Below, piece after piece: positions 27,615 through 39,089 of a DNA stretch of 64,000 nt. The notes under the pieces were generated by a model. That model saw nothing but the letters and a program-made list of their open reading frames with translations, did not search any database and was not told the origin of the DNA. Source of the stretch: an uncultured Chlamydiales bacterium (GTDB lineage: Bacteria; Chlamydiota; Chlamydiia; Chlamydiales; Rhabdochlamydiaceae); the NCBI GenBank assembly GCA_963700985.1, contig OY969554.1, forward strand, positions 544,001 to 608,000. The letters run 5' to 3'. Numbering within the stretch: the first letter of the stretch is position 1; each line of letters opens with the position of its first letter. The translations under genes and the position numbers were made by a program.

Positions 27615-29984
27615 ATGAACACACCAACACTTTCCCCTGAACTTTTGCATAAGATACATGCTTATTGGCGAGCAGCCAACTATCTGTCAGTTGGTCAGAT
27701 TTACCTATATGATAATCCCCTGCTTAAAGAGCCCCTGAAATTAGAACATGTCAAACCACTAGTGGTTGGACACTGGGGCACGACGCCAGGCCAGAATTTC
27801 ATCTACGTGCATCTGAACCGTGTGATTAATAAGTATGATCTGAATATGTTCTACATTGCCGGTCCAGGTCACGGTGGTCCTGCGATTGTGGGCAATACCT
27901 ATCTCGAAGGCACCTATTCAGAAATTTATCCCGATATCACTCAAGACGAAACAGGCCTGCAGAAGCTATTTAAGCAATTCTCCTTTCCAGGCGGTATTTC
28001 TAGCCACGTTGCCCCGACGACACCCGGCTCGATTCATGAAGGCGGAGAGCTTGGTTACTCGCTGAGTCACGCTTTTGGGGCGGCATTTGACAATCCGGAT
28101 TTAATCGTCGCCTGCGTGATCGGTGATGGCGAAGCTGAAACAGGTCCTTTGGCAACTGCCTGGCATTCCAATAAGTTTCTCGATCCAATTACCGACGGGG
28201 CCGTGCTGCCCATTCTTCATTTGAATGGCTATAAAATCAGTAATCCAACGCTCTTGGCTCGCATTGAACCCGAAGAGTTAGAACAATTTCTCCGAGGCTG
28301 TGGTTGGACACCCTATTTTGTAGAAGGAGACGATCCGGAAAAAATGCATGAGCTGATGGCGAGCACTTTGGAGAAAGCTATCGAAAGTATTAAGCAAATT
28401 CAAAGTAATGCACGTGGCAAAAACGACACCACAAGACCTCGTTGGCCGATGATCGTACTGAAATCACCTAAAGGCTGGACGGGTCCAAAAGTAGTTGATG
28501 GGCTGCAAATTGAGGGCACATTTCGTGCGCATCAAGTCCCAATTCTAGTAGATGCGGAGCATCCCGATCATCTCAAGCTGCTTGAAAGCTGGATGAAAAG
28601 CTACAAAGCAGAAGAGCTATTCGATAAAGATGGAAAGCTTATATCAGAATTAGCGGAGCTCGCACCAAAAGGCAATCGGCGGATGAGTGCCAATCCTCAC
28701 ACCAATGGCGGCATTCTGCTTAAAGACCTACGTATGCCAGACTTCCATGTACATGCAGTAGATGTAAAAACGCCTGGTACCATTAATGCGCAAGACACCT
28801 TCATATTGGGTAAGTTTCTACGCGACGTCGCCAAGCTAAATCAAGATCAGCATAACTTCCGAATCTTCGGTCCAGACGAAACTCTCTCGAATCTCTTAAG
28901 CGCCGTCTTTGAAGTCACCAACCGACAGTGGGATGCACGAAAAACAAAAAACGACGAATTTCTTTCGGCCACCGGAAGCGTGCAAGACTCCATGCTCAGT
29001 GAGCATCAATGTGAGGGATGGCTAGAAGGTTATCTACTCACAGGTCGGCACGGATTATTTAACTGCTACGAAGCCTTTGTTCGCATTGTCGACTCGATGT
29101 TTAGCCAGCACGCCAAATGGTTAAAAGTAACATTGGAGCTGCCGTGGCGAAGGAAAATTGCATCATTGAATTATCTGCTTGCCTCTCATGTCTGGCAGCA
29201 AGACCATAACGGTTTTACACATCAAGATCCAGGCTTCCTCAATCATGTTATCAACAAAAAAGCCGATATCGTACGCATTTACCTGCCTCCTGATGCCAAC
29301 TGCCTGCTATCAGTTTTTGATCACTGTTTGCGTAGCCGGCATTACGTAAACGTGGTAGTTGCGGGCAAACACGCCTTACCGCAATGGCTCAACATAGATG
29401 CTGCTGTAGTGCATTGCACAGAAGGAATCGGCATCTGGCAATGGGCAAGCAATGACCAAAACGCGGAACCTGACGTGGTGATGGCCTGCTGCGGAGACAC
29501 GCCTACACTAGAAATCTTGGCGGCAGTTTCCATTCTACGGCAATATCTGCCCGATCTAAAAATCCGCGTCATCAACGTTGTCGATCTAATGAAACTTCAG
29601 TCTAGTAGCGTGCACCCGCACGGATTAAATGAACGCGATTATGATTCAATTTTCACCAAAGATAAGCACATCATCTTTGCCTTCCATGGATATCCCTCTC
29701 TGGTCCACCTATTGACCTATCGCCGCGCCAACCAAAACTTACACGTTCGCGGCTATATCGAAGAGGGTACTATCACTACGGCTTTCGACATGCGTGTGCA
29801 GAATAAACTAGATCGCTTTCATCTGGTGCAAGATGTCATAGACCGCCTAGACCATTTGGGCACACAGGGAGCCTATTTAAAGCAGATGATGCAGGACAAA
29901 CTAATCGAACATAAACACTACATAGACACACATGGACAGGACCTACCCGAAATTCGGAATTGGAAATGGAGTCATGCTAAGTGA
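27615..29984 (+). CDS. xfp: Phosphoketolase (xylulose-5-P/fructose-6-P)
   Basis: [49 protein letters not shown]. Confidence 0.97.
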   Translation: MNTPTLSPELLHKIHAYWRAANYLSVGQIYLYDNPLLKEPLKLEHVKPLVVGHWGTTPGQNFIYVHLNRVINKYDLNMFYIAGPGHGGPAIVGNTYLEGTYSEIYPDITQDETGLQKLFKQFSFPGGISSHVAPTTPGSIHEGGELGYSLSHAFGAAFDNPDLIVACVIGDGEAETGPLATAWHSNKFLDPITDGAVLPILHLNGYKISNPTLLARIEPEELEQFLRGCGWTPYFVEGDDPEKMHELMASTLEKAIESIKQIQSNARGKNDTTRPRWPMIVLKSPKGWTGPKVVDGLQIEGTFRAHQVPILVDAEHPDHLKLLESWMKSYKAEELFDKDGKLISELAELAPKGNRRMSANPHTNGGILLKDLRMPDFHVHAVDVKTPGTINAQDTFILGKFLRDVAKLNQDQHNFRIFGPDETLSNLLSAVFEVTNRQWDARKTKNDEFLSATGSVQDSMLSEHQCEGWLEGYLLTGRHGLFNCYEAFVRIVDSMFSQHAKWLKVTLELPWRRKIASLNYLLASHVWQQDHNGFTHQDPGFLNHVINKKADIVRIYLPPDANCLLSVFDHCLRSRHYVNVVVAGKHALPQWLNIDAAVVHCTEGIGIWQWASNDQNAEPDVVMACCGDTPTLEILAAVSILRQYLPDLKIRVINVVDLMKLQSSSVHPHGLNERDYDSIFTKDKHIIFAFHGYPSLVHLLTYRRANQNLHVRGYIEEGTITTAFDMRVQNKLDRFHLVQDVIDRLDHLGTQGAYLKQMMQDKLIEHKHYIDTHGQDLPEIRNWKWSHAK

Positions 29985-32407
29985 ACGAGAAGGATAATTT
30001 AAAATCCCTTCCCTTGCCAGAAGTGGAAAAAAAATTGGGATTCTCGACCAATGGTCTTACACAAGCTGAGGCAATCAAACGACTGGCTCAATACGGATCT
30101 AACGAGATCAAAGATAAGAAAACGAATTCTCTTCTGAAATTCCTCGGCTATTTTTGGGGTCCTATTCCATGGATGATTGAAATTGCGGTGGTTTTGTCTG
30201 GTGTAGTTCAACACTGGCCAGATTTTTTTATCATTCTTGTTCTGCTTTTGTCTAATGCCCTGGTGGGATTCTGGGAAGAGCACCAGGCTGCCAATGCCAT
30301 TTCGGCTCTTAAAGCGCAGCTCGCGGTAAAAGCCAGGGTACAACGCGACGGCAAGTGGATCAACCCAGATGCAAAAGAGTTGGTTCCGGGCGATCTCATC
30401 CGATTGCGTTTGGGCGATATTGTGCCGGCGGATGCGCGCTTGCTTGAAGGCGATCCAATAGAAGTGGATCAGTCTGCACTGACAGGAGAGTCGCTACCAG
30501 TCTCACGTAAATCTAGTGAAGCAGTCTTTTCAGGATCGATTGTACGCCAGGGGGAAATCAATGCACTGGTGTATGCCACGGGTGCAAGTACCTATTTTGG
30601 CAAGACGGCAGAGTTAGTAAAAGATGCGCATACTGTAAGTCACTTTCAAAAAGCAGTTTTAAACATCGGAAACTACCTGATCATCCTCGCAGGAGTCATG
30701 GTGGCCACAATTATTACGGTGGCCATCTTCCGCGGTGATCCAATCCTGACTACATTGCAGTTCGCGCTTGTATTGACTGTGGCGGCAATTCCCGTAGCAA
30801 TGCCGACCGTATTATCCATAACCATGGCTGTTGGAGCAAGGCTGCTGGCTAAGAAAAAGGCAATTGTCAGTCGCTTGGTAGCCATTGAGGAATTAGCTGG
30901 CGTAGACATACTGTGCGCAGATAAAACCGGCACCCTTACTCAAAATAAGTTAACTTTGGGCGATCCATTCAGTGTGAATAATTTTCCTGCTGATCAATTG
31001 ATTCTCTTTGCCGCTCTTGCATCGCGCACGGATGATAATGATACCATCGATCTGGCTGTAATAGGTGGCCTGAAAAACAAAGATGTATTGAAAGACTATC
31101 CCATGAGTCATTTTCAACCTTTTGATCCTGTGCATAAACGCACAGAAGCTACGGTCAAAGGCAAGGACGGAAAACAGTTTAAGGTGACGAAAGGCGCGCC
31201 TCAGGTGATTTTGGCATTAGCGTCCAATGCAGCAGAGGTTAAGGCGGCAGTTGAAAAAGTCGTGAATGAATTCGCCGCACGCGGATTTCGCTCACTTGGT
31301 GTAGCTCGAGCCGAGGAAAATGGCAAATGGCAGTTTCTTGGTGTATTGCCTCTATTCGATCCACCACGCGAAGATGCTAAAGCTACCATCGCGACTGCTG
31401 CACAGATGGGAGTAAAAGTCAAAATGGTCACGGGCGATCAATTGGCTATCGCCAAGGAAACCGCCAAGAAACTGGGCATGGGCACAAATATTCTTGATGC
31501 GACGTCGTTAGGCGACTCGAAGCATCAAGAAAACACTGAAACAGCAGAGGCCATCGAAAAAGCCGACGGTTTCGCTCAGGTATTTCCTGAGCATAAGTTT
31601 CACATTGTCGATGTCTTGCAGAAACGTGGCCACATGGTTGGCATGACAGGCGACGGAGTGAACGATGCTCCTGCGCTCAAGAAGGCCGACTGCGGCATTG
31701 CCGTTTCGGGTGCAACAGATGCGGCTCGTGCGGCAGCTTCTATCGTGCTGATGAGCCCAGGCCTATCTGTCATTATCGACGCCATAAAAGAGAGTCGAAA
31801 AATATTTCAGAGGATGAACAGTTATGCAATTTATCGCATCGCTGAGACTCTGCGTGTGTTGCTATTTATGACCGCAGCGATCCTGATCTTCAACTTCTAT
31901 CCATTGACAGCTGTAATGATTGTGATGCTTGCGCTACTCAATGATGGAGCCATTTTGGCTATCGCTTATGACAACGTGCATTACAAGGAACAAGCCGAAG
32001 CTTGGAACATGCGCTTGGTATTAGGAATTGCTTCTGTGCTAGGAATCGTAGGCCCAATAGCCGCATTTGGCCTATTTTATCTTGGAGATCGCGTTTTCCA
32101 CCTCGATCATAAACATCTTCAGCCCATGATGTATCTGATGCTATCTGTGGCTGGCCATCTGACCATCTTCCTTACCCGCACGCGTGGCCCATTCTGGTCC
32201 ATCCCTCCGGCTCGGATCCTATGGATAGCCGTGTTATGCACACAAATCGCCGCGACGTTCATCGCAGTCTATGGATTTCTAATGCCGCCACTGGGCTGGA
32301 AATGGGCAGGATTCGTATGGGGATACGCTTTGATATGGGCTCTTATAAGCGATTGGTTAAAATTGCTCGCTTATCGGATTTTTGATCCTATCAAGGCACC
32401 TATCTAA
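29981..32407 (+). CDS. Plasma-membrane-type proton-efflux P-type ATPase (type IIIA)
   Basis: [56 protein letters not shown]. Confidence 0.93.
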   Translation: MNEKDNLKSLPLPEVEKKLGFSTNGLTQAEAIKRLAQYGSNEIKDKKTNSLLKFLGYFWGPIPWMIEIAVVLSGVVQHWPDFFIILVLLLSNALVGFWEEHQAANAISALKAQLAVKARVQRDGKWINPDAKELVPGDLIRLRLGDIVPADARLLEGDPIEVDQSALTGESLPVSRKSSEAVFSGSIVRQGEINALVYATGASTYFGKTAELVKDAHTVSHFQKAVLNIGNYLIILAGVMVATIITVAIFRGDPILTTLQFALVLTVAAIPVAMPTVLSITMAVGARLLAKKKAIVSRLVAIEELAGVDILCADKTGTLTQNKLTLGDPFSVNNFPADQLILFAALASRTDDNDTIDLAVIGGLKNKDVLKDYPMSHFQPFDPVHKRTEATVKGKDGKQFKVTKGAPQVILALASNAAEVKAAVEKVVNEFAARGFRSLGVARAEENGKWQFLGVLPLFDPPREDAKATIATAAQMGVKVKMVTGDQLAIAKETAKKLGMGTNILDATSLGDSKHQENTETAEAIEKADGFAQVFPEHKFHIVDVLQKRGHMVGMTGDGVNDAPALKKADCGIAVSGATDAARAAASIVLMSPGLSVIIDAIKESRKIFQRMNSYAIYRIAETLRVLLFMTAAILIFNFYPLTAVMIVMLALLNDGAILAIAYDNVHYKEQAEAWNMRLVLGIASVLGIVGPIAAFGLFYLGDRVFHLDHKHLQPMMYLMLSVAGHLTIFLTRTRGPFWSIPPARILWIAVLCTQIAATFIAVYGFLMPPLGWKWAGFVWGYALIWALISDWLKLLAYRIFDPIKAPI

Positions 32408-32523
32408 AAATTATTTCTCGCAAAGGGCTTGCCGTCGCTTTGGAAAATGCTTTACAATTCATAAACTGAAAAATGATCTAACGAATGTTTACAAATCCCC
32501 TTGAGTGCGGTATATAACCAAAT

Positions 32524-34053
32524 ATGACAAACTCCTCTCATCCTCTTGAAGAACCAGGTGTTTCTAATCGCTTCATCGATCCGTGCATTGTAGTTATTTT
32601 CGGTGCAACGGGCGATCTTACAGCACGTAAACTCATGCCTGCGCTGTATAATCTCACGCGTGAAGGTCAGCTTTCGCCGCAATTCGCCTGCGTTGGATTT
32701 GCTAGAAGAAAGAAGACTCACGATGAGTTTCGAGAAGAGATGCGCACTGCGATCAGCAATTTTTCGCGTGTAAAGCCCATCGACGAAACGGTCTGGTCGA
32801 CTTTCAAAGAACAGATCTTCTACCACGTCTCGGAATTCCATGAAGATGAAGGGTACGAGCGCTTGAAGGCGTTCTTAAATGAGCTCGATGGACGGTTGGG
32901 CACCAAAGCCAACCGCATCTTCTACTTATCTACTCAACCAAGCTTCTTTACGACCATCGCAGACAAACTGCATAAAGCTGGGCTCATCTACGACGCTGAA
33001 ACCGTCACAGATAAATGGTCGCGCGTTATTATCGAAAAACCTTTTGGGCACGACTTAAACTCAGCCATTACCTTGCAAAAAGAGCTGATGCGCTTTATGA
33101 GCGAAAAGCAGGTCTTCCGTATAGACCACTATCTGGGCAAAGAGACCGTACAGAATATCTTAGTCTTCCGCTTCGCAAACTCGCTCTTTGAATCTCTCTG
33201 GAATAATCGCTACATCGACCACGTGCAGATCACAGTGGCCGAAGACATCGGCATCGGCACGCGCGGGGCTTTTTGGGAAGAAGCAGGGCTAATTCGCGAC
33301 ATCGTGCAAAACCATGTGATGCAGCTGCTCTGTTTAGTCGCCATGGAACCGCCAGTTAGCTTAGCTGAAGATGCCATCCATGACGAAAAGGTCAAGGTCT
33401 TAGAAGCTATCCGCCCCATCACAGAAGATTCTGTGGTCAGAGGACAATATGGCCCAGGTTTTGTAGATGGAGAAGAGGTCGTTGGGTATCGACAAGAGAA
33501 GAATGTGAGCCCAACCTCTTCAGTTGAAACTTTTGCTGCACTGCGCCTTTTCATCGATAATTGGCGCTGGTCAGATGTGCCCTTTTACTTGCGTGCAGGC
33601 AAACGCCTGCCGAAGCGCGGAACTGAGATTGCGATCACGTTCAAGCATCCGCCCGGCGTGCTCTTTCAGCAAGCTGGGAAACCAAACGATCCTAACGTGC
33701 TCGCCATCCGTATCCAACCAGATGAAGGCACCTCGTTGAAAATCAATTGTAAAGTTCCGGGTCCAAAAAGCCTCATTCAACCAGTCAAAATGGACTTTCT
33801 GTATGGTTCTTATTTCGGCATGGCCCCTCCTGAGGCCTATGAGAGGCTCATCTGCGACTGCATTTTAGGCGACCGCACTCTTTTTGCACGCCAAGATGAG
33901 GTTTTGAATTCCTGGAAATTGATCACTCCAATCCTTGAGGCTTGGGCAAAAGCTAAGCCGCAAGATTTCCCCAATTATAAATCAGGGAGCTGGGGCCCTG
34001 CTGCTGCCGATAAAATGATGGACCAAGATAACCGCAAATGGAGACTGATTTAA
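32524..34053 (+). CDS. zwf: Glucose-6-phosphate 1-dehydrogenase
   Basis: GATGDL, EKPFG, RIDHYLGKE, DIVQNH, RIQPDEG, EAYERL. Confidence 0.98.
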   Translation: MTNSSHPLEEPGVSNRFIDPCIVVIFGATGDLTARKLMPALYNLTREGQLSPQFACVGFARRKKTHDEFREEMRTAISNFSRVKPIDETVWSTFKEQIFYHVSEFHEDEGYERLKAFLNELDGRLGTKANRIFYLSTQPSFFTTIADKLHKAGLIYDAETVTDKWSRVIIEKPFGHDLNSAITLQKELMRFMSEKQVFRIDHYLGKETVQNILVFRFANSLFESLWNNRYIDHVQITVAEDIGIGTRGAFWEEAGLIRDIVQNHVMQLLCLVAMEPPVSLAEDAIHDEKVKVLEAIRPITEDSVVRGQYGPGFVDGEEVVGYRQEKNVSPTSSVETFAALRLFIDNWRWSDVPFYLRAGKRLPKRGTEIAITFKHPPGVLFQQAGKPNDPNVLAIRIQPDEGTSLKINCKVPGPKSLIQPVKMDFLYGSYFGMAPPEAYERLICDCILGDRTLFARQDEVLNSWKLITPILEAWAKAKPQDFPNYKSGSWGPAAADKMMDQDNRKWRLI

Positions 34054-35151
34054 ATGAGCAGTGTACTCACAGTCAAGCCTTCTGAAATCCACTCTGCCTT
34101 AAAACGCATCTGGGATGAGCTGGAAGGCACGAATAAGATGCGCGCTTGCCTATTCAATCTTATCTTTTATTCCGAAACTGGCCCCCGCGCAGATTACATC
34201 CGCAAAATCGCTCAAAAAGTCGTAGCGCAATTTCCTTCACGCGTGATCTTTATCCTTGCCAATCCACAAGCACAAAAAGATGAGCTCACCACGAAAGTCT
34301 CTGTGCTCTCAACTGTTACTGGTGAATATGAAGTCGCTTGTGATCTGATTGAGCTAGAAGTTTCCGGGTCAATGCGCGCTCGCGTACCATACATCATTCT
34401 GCCACACATTTTGCCCGATCTTCCTCTCTGTTTTATTTGGGGTGAAGATCCCACATCTGAAGATCCGATCTTTGTAGAGCTACGTAAATTCGCCACGCGT
34501 TTAATCTTTGATTCTGAATCTGCGCCCTCACTTCCACCTTTTGCCAAAGCGCTCTTATTCGAGCACAACCTGGCACATAGCGAAGTCTCCGATCTTAATT
34601 GGGCTCGAACAGAGAACTGGCGCGATGTCTTCTCAACGGCTTTTTATGCATCTGACAAGCTCGAGCATCTCAAAAATGCAACAGAGATCAAAATCGCTTA
34701 TAACACCTCCTCAACCGCATTTTTCTGCCGCACAAATATTCAAGCACTCTACTTCCAAACTTGGATAGCTGCCCAGCTCAATTGGAAGATGAAAAGCACA
34801 AAAAAAGAGAAGGACGGGCTGACTTTCGTCTACGAAAAAGAAAATGGTACAGTATCTGTTATACTTACGACCATTCAGCAGCCTACGTTAGCTCCGGGCA
34901 TGATTTTTTCAATCGATTTATCTATCTCTAATGGTTGTCACTATAACTTTGCTTGCCATCTCGATCAGCCACATAAAATTACACAGACGTTTTCAACCGA
35001 TCAACTTTGCGAGCTACCCTCACAATTTCTCTTTCCAAAAGGTGAAAAGGGGCAATCGCTGGTTAAAGAGATCTGCCAGCACGGCACAAGCGCTCACTAC
35101 TTAAAAGTGCTCGAACGCATCGCTCAGATGAATGAAGCTAATATATGTTAA
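34054..35151 (+). CDS. opcA: G6PDH assembly protein OpcA
   Basis: Lies between zwf and pgl; PSRVI, LPDLP..W, LIFDS, DLNWARTENWR. Confidence 0.85.
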   Translation: MSSVLTVKPSEIHSALKRIWDELEGTNKMRACLFNLIFYSETGPRADYIRKIAQKVVAQFPSRVIFILANPQAQKDELTTKVSVLSTVTGEYEVACDLIELEVSGSMRARVPYIILPHILPDLPLCFIWGEDPTSEDPIFVELRKFATRLIFDSESAPSLPPFAKALLFEHNLAHSEVSDLNWARTENWRDVFSTAFYASDKLEHLKNATEIKIAYNTSSTAFFCRTNIQALYFQTWIAAQLNWKMKSTKKEKDGLTFVYEKENGTVSVILTTIQQPTLAPGMIFSIDLSISNGCHYNFACHLDQPHKITQTFSTDQLCELPSQFLFPKGEKGQSLVKEICQHGTSAHYLKVLERIAQMNEANIC

Positions 35152-35909
35152 CACCTAAGGCGCCTAGCAAATGGGATGAGCGTCGTAAGCTCGTTGTTCC
35201 TGGCGATTATGCCCACACATTAGCCTTCTGCGTAAATCACTGGCTCTCGATGGCTGAAGCCTCAATTAAGGCACACGGAAGCTTTGCAGTAGCCCTTTCC
35301 GGTGGTTCAACCCCCAAAGCGATCTTTGAAAATCTAGCCCTTTCACAAAATGCTCAGCGCATCGACTGGTCTAAAGTTCTCCTTTTTTGGAGCGATGAGC
35401 GCACAGTTGGACCAGATCATCCCGATAGCAACTACCACATGGCTATGGAATCAGGGTTTAGCAAGCTGCCAATTCCCAAAACACAGATCTTCCGCATGCA
35501 GGCAGAAACCGATCTTGAAACGAACGCTAAGAAATATGAAGAGACCATTCAAAAAGTGCTTAAAGGGCGTCCTTTTGACCTGATCATGCTGGGCATGGGC
35601 GACGATGGTCATACCGCCTCTCTTTTCCCTAACACAGCTGGCTTAAAGGTCAAAGATCGCCTGATCATCGCCAATGAAATTCCGCAGAAAAAGACCTGGC
35701 GCATGAGCATGACATTTACCTGCATCAATCAGGCAACTAATGTCGCGCTCTATGTTTTAGGCGCTTCTAAAAAGCAGATGCTAGCTGAAGTTTTGCTCTC
35801 AAAAGAAGATATAGAAAAACTCCCCTCTCAGGGCGTCGGCACAAAAGCACATCCCGCTTTATGGATCGCCGACGATGCCGCCGCCGAGCTCCTCCTCCAA
35901 TCTAAGTAA
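35145..35909 (+). CDS. pgl: 6-phosphogluconolactonase
   Basis: ALSGGSTP, WSDER, SNY, LGMGDDGHTASLFP. Confidence 0.96.
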   Translation: MLTPKAPSKWDERRKLVVPGDYAHTLAFCVNHWLSMAEASIKAHGSFAVALSGGSTPKAIFENLALSQNAQRIDWSKVLLFWSDERTVGPDHPDSNYHMAMESGFSKLPIPKTQIFRMQAETDLETNAKKYEETIQKVLKGRPFDLIMLGMGDDGHTASLFPNTAGLKVKDRLIIANEIPQKKTWRMSMTFTCINQATNVALYVLGASKKQMLAEVLLSKEDIEKLPSQGVGTKAHPALWIADDAAAELLLQSK

Positions 35910-35934
35910 CAGTTTAGCGAGATTATAAGTAGAA

Positions 35935-36027
35935 ACAGGATATGTAGGATCAGGCAGGATATGAAAGATAGAAGAGAGAAAATATCCTGCGTATCCTGCC
36001 GCTTGCTATCCTGCACATCCTGTAAAT
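35935..36027. repeat. CAGGAT/ATCCTG palindromic intergenic element
   Basis: ACAGGAT-ATG-TAGGAT-CAG-GCAGGAT-ATG-AAAGAT ... ATCCTGC-GT-ATCCTGC..ATCCTGC-AC-ATCCTGTAAAT. Confidence 0.75.
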
Positions 36028-36050
36028 GTTTTTAAAATAAAAATCTTAAT

Positions 36051-36962
36051 TCAGGCGCGGCGGGGTTTCGACAAGGAATAGAGCGTAGAGATAGCTAGAA
36101 CTGTCACGATTACGGAGAGCGTAACTAGCAAGGGGATTCTGTAGTATGGTGCCAGCAGCATCTCTCCTCCAACAAATAACAAAATTGCCGAGAGCCCTAC
36201 CTTCAGATAGCGGAAGCGATCCATGAAGGCATCGAGCACAAAATGGATCGAACGCAATCCCAAAATTGCAAAGACGTTCGACGTATAAACGATAAATGGA
36301 TCGGTAGTAATCGCAAAGATTGCCGGAATCGAATCGATTGCAAAGATGATATCTGTAGTTTCAACCACCAGTAGCGCGAGAAATAAGGGCGTGAGATAGA
36401 GAATCCCTTTTTGCCTCACAAAGAATTTGCTCCCGTGCAGCTCTTCTGTCACAGGGAAAAACTTCTGAAACCATTTAATTAAAAAGCTTCGTCTAGGCTT
36501 CGCATCTTTATCTCTTTGCATAAACATACGAATCGCTGTTGCACAGAGTAGAACACCAAAGATGTAGGTCATCCAGCTGAAGTTTTGAAGAAGCTCGATG
36601 CCGCCTAAAATAAATGCAATGCGCATCAGGAGCGCACCGAAAATACCAAAAAAGAGAACCTTATGTTGGTAACTCTTGGGTATTTTGAAAGCTGCAAAGA
36701 TCACGATAAACACGAAGAGGTTGTCTACACTCAGAGACTTCTCAACCAGATAACCGGTGAAAAATTGCAGAGCAGCTTCTTTACCTTGATAAAAGTAGAT
36801 AAACAGGTTGAACGAGAGCGAAAGTAGAATCCAGAAAAGGATCCAGAGAAGCCCCTCGCGCATGGTCACCACGCGTGTACGGCGGCGCCAAATACACAAA
36901 TCTAGCACCAAAAGAGCCAGGATCAGCACGTGAAAGCCGATCCAAATAAATAGTTTATCCAT
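36051..36962 (-). CDS. terC: TerC/Alx family membrane protein
   Basis: FFTGYLVEKSLSVDNLFVF, QHKVL..GI.GA...R, DIIFAIDSIPA, SNVFAILGLRS. Confidence 0.93.
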   Translation of the reverse strand: MDKLFIWIGFHVLILALLVLDLCIWRRRTRVVTMREGLLWILFWILLSLSFNLFIYFYQGKEAALQFFTGYLVEKSLSVDNLFVFIVIFAAFKIPKSYQHKVLFFGIFGALLMRIAFILGGIELLQNFSWMTYIFGVLLCATAIRMFMQRDKDAKPRRSFLIKWFQKFFPVTEELHGSKFFVRQKGILYLTPLFLALLVVETTDIIFAIDSIPAIFAITTDPFIVYTSNVFAILGLRSIHFVLDAFMDRFRYLKVGLSAILLFVGGEMLLAPYYRIPLLVTLSVIVTVLAISTLYSLSKPRRA

Positions 36963-37123
36963 ATTTCTACAGGAAACCCGCCCTTCTTTTAGTCGTCAAC
37001 AAGATTGTTAATACATATTTTTTTAAAACATCGACCCTCCCCAGCGAATGCATATAGAAATTTATTTACATAATTAACAAAAGCTAATTGTGTTATAACT
37101 TTTAGAAAAAACAGGAGATTTAT

Positions 37124-38089
37124 ATATCTACACCAACATCTTTAAATCCGCCAACTGACGGGCTTTTTTCGGCATCAGCGCCCTATGAAACGCCTCATGA
37201 AACGATTCTATTCCACCCTATTCCTTTTGAAGGGACTATTCCTTCAGGATTAAGCAATGTGCCTTCGAATTTGGTTGCTGATGAAGCGACATACTACGGG
37301 CCAGCTTTAACACCAGAAGAGATCGCTGACCAACAAGAGCAAATGATTCAGAGCATGGTGGATACAGTCCTAAACAATGAGCGCTTTTTTGAGTGTTTAG
37401 ACGGCATTCTTCCAAAAGGTGTGATCGACTTCTTAGAAAGTTGTGCTAAAGCTGTCCAATCCTGCTTCCACTCGATCAAAAAATGCTTGTTTGGTCCAGA
37501 AGTAGATGAGCTGCAAGATGGTTCTGAAGCTGGAACAGACGATGAGCTCGATGATGTCCCATTTGGAAATGTACAGGCAATTGCGGCAGATCCGGCCCCT
37601 AAGCTGTCCCTTGGGCAGATCCGCATTCTAATTCAAAGCGCGTTTAATAATGAAAAGGATAAGTGGAAAAGATATTCTAAGCTAGATGCGGACTCCCCTG
37701 CAACATTTGAAGCTTTTCATACGAAAGTGGCCGTGATCGCACTAGATGAAAAAACACCGGGCAGCAAAATAATTAGTCAATTTGAATACACAAAGGCAAA
37801 TCGCGACGCATTTTGTGCTGATATGGATGGCGTAGTTGAGAAAATTTTTCAGAAGGCGAGCGAACTTTCTGACCTCAGCACATTCTCTGTTCGCATGGCA
37901 AGCAACGATCTAAGGGAACTAACTGCTGAAACGCAAATCATGTATGCCAAAGAGTACATGAGTAAGGACTTTGAAGATTTTAATTATTTTCCTCATGATA
38001 TGTGGACACAGCTTATAAAAAATCCTAGCCCAATCACGCAAGAGCTTCTAACCATCCTCGGTGTACGTTATGCGCGTTCTAGGGATTGA
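37124..38089 (+). CDS. Hypothetical protein (T3SS-effector-like N-terminus); start codon uncertain
   Basis: Frame open from ATA 37124 (behind AGGAG) through GTG 37259 to stop 38089. Confidence 0.6.
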   Translation: MSTPTSLNPPTDGLFSASAPYETPHETILFHPIPFEGTIPSGLSNVPSNLVADEATYYGPALTPEEIADQQEQMIQSMVDTVLNNERFFECLDGILPKGVIDFLESCAKAVQSCFHSIKKCLFGPEVDELQDGSEAGTDDELDDVPFGNVQAIAADPAPKLSLGQIRILIQSAFNNEKDKWKRYSKLDADSPATFEAFHTKVAVIALDEKTPGSKIISQFEYTKANRDAFCADMDGVVEKIFQKASELSDLSTFSVRMASNDLRELTAETQIMYAKEYMSKDFEDFNYFPHDMWTQLIKNPSPITQELLTILGVRYARSRD

Positions 38090-39089
38090 GACAACCTGTG
38101 ATGAGACAGCTTGCGCCATTGTCGAAGATGGCCATAAGATCCTCGCGCATCAGATCTATTCCCAAGATGAGCTGCATCGTCCTTTCAAAGGTGTCTTTCC
38201 TGAGCTAGCTTCCAGGCGGCACTTTGATGTTCTTAAACTCATTCTCGAAGAGACGCTGAAAGCAGCGAATCTAACCTCCGATGCTATCGACTTGATCGCA
38301 GTGGCCAAAGGGCCCGGGCTAATCGGCGCTCTATTGGTCGGCCTAAATGCTGCCAAAACACTCTCTATGGCCTGGAATATCCCCTACATTGGGGTCAATC
38401 ATGTGGAAGCCCACCTATATGCGGCCATGATGGGAAGAGAGGAGCTGTTCTTTCCGGCCTTAGGCGTGGTGATCTCAGGCGGGCACACCTTTTTAGTGAA
38501 GATAGAAGATGTGGGCGCATATAAGCTAATCGGCACTACGCAGGATGATGCAATTGGTGAAGCCTTCGATAAGGTTGCGACGCTGATTGGGCTACCCTAT
38601 CCAGGAGGCCCAGCCATTGAAAAGCTAGCGCTACAAGGAGATCGCACGCGTTATCCTTTTAAAAGCGGAAGAGTCAAGGAAAGCGAGTGGGATTTCTCAT
38701 TTAGCGGCCTTAAGACTTCCGTGCTCTATGCAGTTAAAGGTCCCAATTCAAACAAAGAATCCCCTCTTATCATCGCCGAAGAGCAAAAACCGCATATTGC
38801 GGCTTCCTTTCAAGAGGTGGCGCTAGGTGATATCGTACAGAAATCTGTGGCAGCCGCCCGAGAGTTTGGCTGCAGAGCAATTTATCTGGGTGGCGGGGTG
38901 AGCAATAACCAACGCTTGCGTGAGATGTATGCTGAAAAGAACTTAGATCTGCCGATCTTCTGGCCGCCGGCGGGCTTGAGCTTAGATAATGGAGCGATGA
39001 TTGCAGGCTTAGGCTATCACACCTTTAAGCAAAAAGGCTGCGGCGATGCCCTCGACCTCGAACCGCAGCCGCGTATCCCCTTGAATTAA
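38070..39089 (+). CDS. tsaD: tRNA N6-adenosine threonylcarbamoyltransferase
   Basis: LGIETTCDET, GVNHVEAH, SGGHT, DDAIGEAFDK, FSFSGLKT, DNGAMIA. Confidence 0.97.
   Translation: MRVLGIETTCDETACAIVEDGHKILAHQIYSQDELHRPFKGVFPELASRRHFDVLKLILEETLKAANLTSDAIDLIAVAKGPGLIGALLVGLNAAKTLSMAWNIPYIGVNHVEAHLYAAMMGREELFFPALGVVISGGHTFLVKIEDVGAYKLIGTTQDDAIGEAFDKVATLIGLPYPGGPAIEKLALQGDRTRYPFKSGRVKESEWDFSFSGLKTSVLYAVKGPNSNKESPLIIAEEQKPHIAASFQEVALGDIVQKSVAAAREFGCRAIYLGGGVSNNQRLREMYAEKNLDLPIFWPPAGLSLDNGAMIAGLGYHTFKQKGCGDALDLEPQPRIPLN

Noticed and set aside
26313-32523. The cassette as an intact transposon or integrative element
   Set aside because: No transposase, integrase, tRNA or terminal inverted repeats visible; only a 15-bp imperfect direct repeat
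32452-32841. 129-aa minus-strand ORF and the many other short ORFs nested in or antisense to long genes
   Set aside because: Fully overlap well-supported conserved genes; no motifs or RBS support
35935-36027. CRISPR array interpretation of the CAGGAT repeats
   Set aside because: Units are about 9 nt, inverted between arms, with no unique spacers and no cas genes
36963-37060. Possible yybP-ykoY (Mn2+) riboswitch upstream of terC
   Set aside because: Minus strand has GGGGAG but lacks the following UAGC, the GUCA-containing loop and the AGACC 3' element; leader is very AT-rich. Only cmscan could rescue it.
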